A DNA stretch of 64,000 bases, from contig OZ024740.1 in NCBI GenBank assembly GCA_964016885.1, forward strand, positions 56,544,001 through 56,608,000, read 5' to 3'. The position numbers and the translations under genes are program-made. The notes under the pieces are model-generated. The model had not been told where the DNA came from. It was given only the letters and a program-made list of their open reading frames with translations, and searched no databases. Source of the stretch: Eledone cirrhosa. Taxonomy: Eukaryota. Every line of letters starts with the position of its first letter. The first letter of the stretch is position 1. Shown here piece after piece: positions 63,387 through 64,000 of the stretch.

Positions 63387-63783
63387 TATATTAATAAAAG
63401 GAATTCCAACTTTGTCTGATTTACTCGTTTTATTTACAATCCTTTAAAATTTATAATGGTATTAGAATGAAATAGTATGGCAGAATATTAAATTTTAAGT
63501 GTTAATTGAACAAGTACTTTCATGCTTTCGCAATCTTCAGGTTCATAATGTATGGTGACAGTCAAGTTTGCAATTTTCAACTGTGACAGTTGAAAATTGC
63601 AAACTTGACTGTCACCACAAAACATGAACCTGAAGATTGCGAAAGCATGAAAGTACTTGTTCAATTAACACTTAACATTTAATATTCTACCATACTATTT
63701 CATTCTAATACCATTATAAATTTTAAAGGATTGTAAATAAAACGAGTAAATCAGACAAAGTTGGAATTCCTTTTATTAATATA
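63387..63783. repeat. near-perfect 397-bp palindrome centred at 63585
   Basis: Arms complementary up to a 1-nt centre (aactgt-g-acagtt) with only a few mismatches. Confidence 0.95.
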
Positions 63784-63879
63784 ATCTTCTATACACAATC
63801 ATATACAGCCGTGTATATTTATCTATCTATCTATCTATCTATCTCTCTCTCTCTCTATATATATATATATTCATAAAGC

Positions 63880-64000
63880 AATTAACCAGTATATTACTGG
63901 TACTTTATTTTATCGACCCCGTAAGGCAAAGTTGACCTCGGCGGGATTTGAACTCAGAATGGAAAGGGCCGTAACTCTATGCGTCAAAGCATGACGTCGG
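63880..64000 (-). mobile_element. SINE-A, cut by the window end
   Basis: Family consensus match. Confidence 0.85.

Overview
AT-rich, microsatellite-dense animal genomic DNA. The SINE families suggest an octopod cephalopod (inference). There is one host gene: the first 8 coding exons (+, 38771-62448, continuing past the window) of a PLP-dependent L-threonine ammonia-lyase / serine-racemase-family enzyme. The rest is mostly decayed mobile DNA. It includes three Naiad-type and one Neptune-type Penelope-like elements (two with inverted pseudo-LTRs), several minimal hammerhead ribozyme motifs, an IR/DR Tc1 (DD34E), Tx1/L1-, RTE-, CRE- and R4/NeSL-like LINE fragments, Helitrons, about 30 tRNA-derived SINE copies and several foldback elements. 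The least explained items are a ~165-bp (TA)n-inserted element with a co-varying stem and a hammerhead-like three-way junction lacking CUGANGA, a near-perfect 397-bp intronic palindrome, and a SINE tail shared with a Tx1-like LINE. All calls are by eye; repeat boundaries are approximate.
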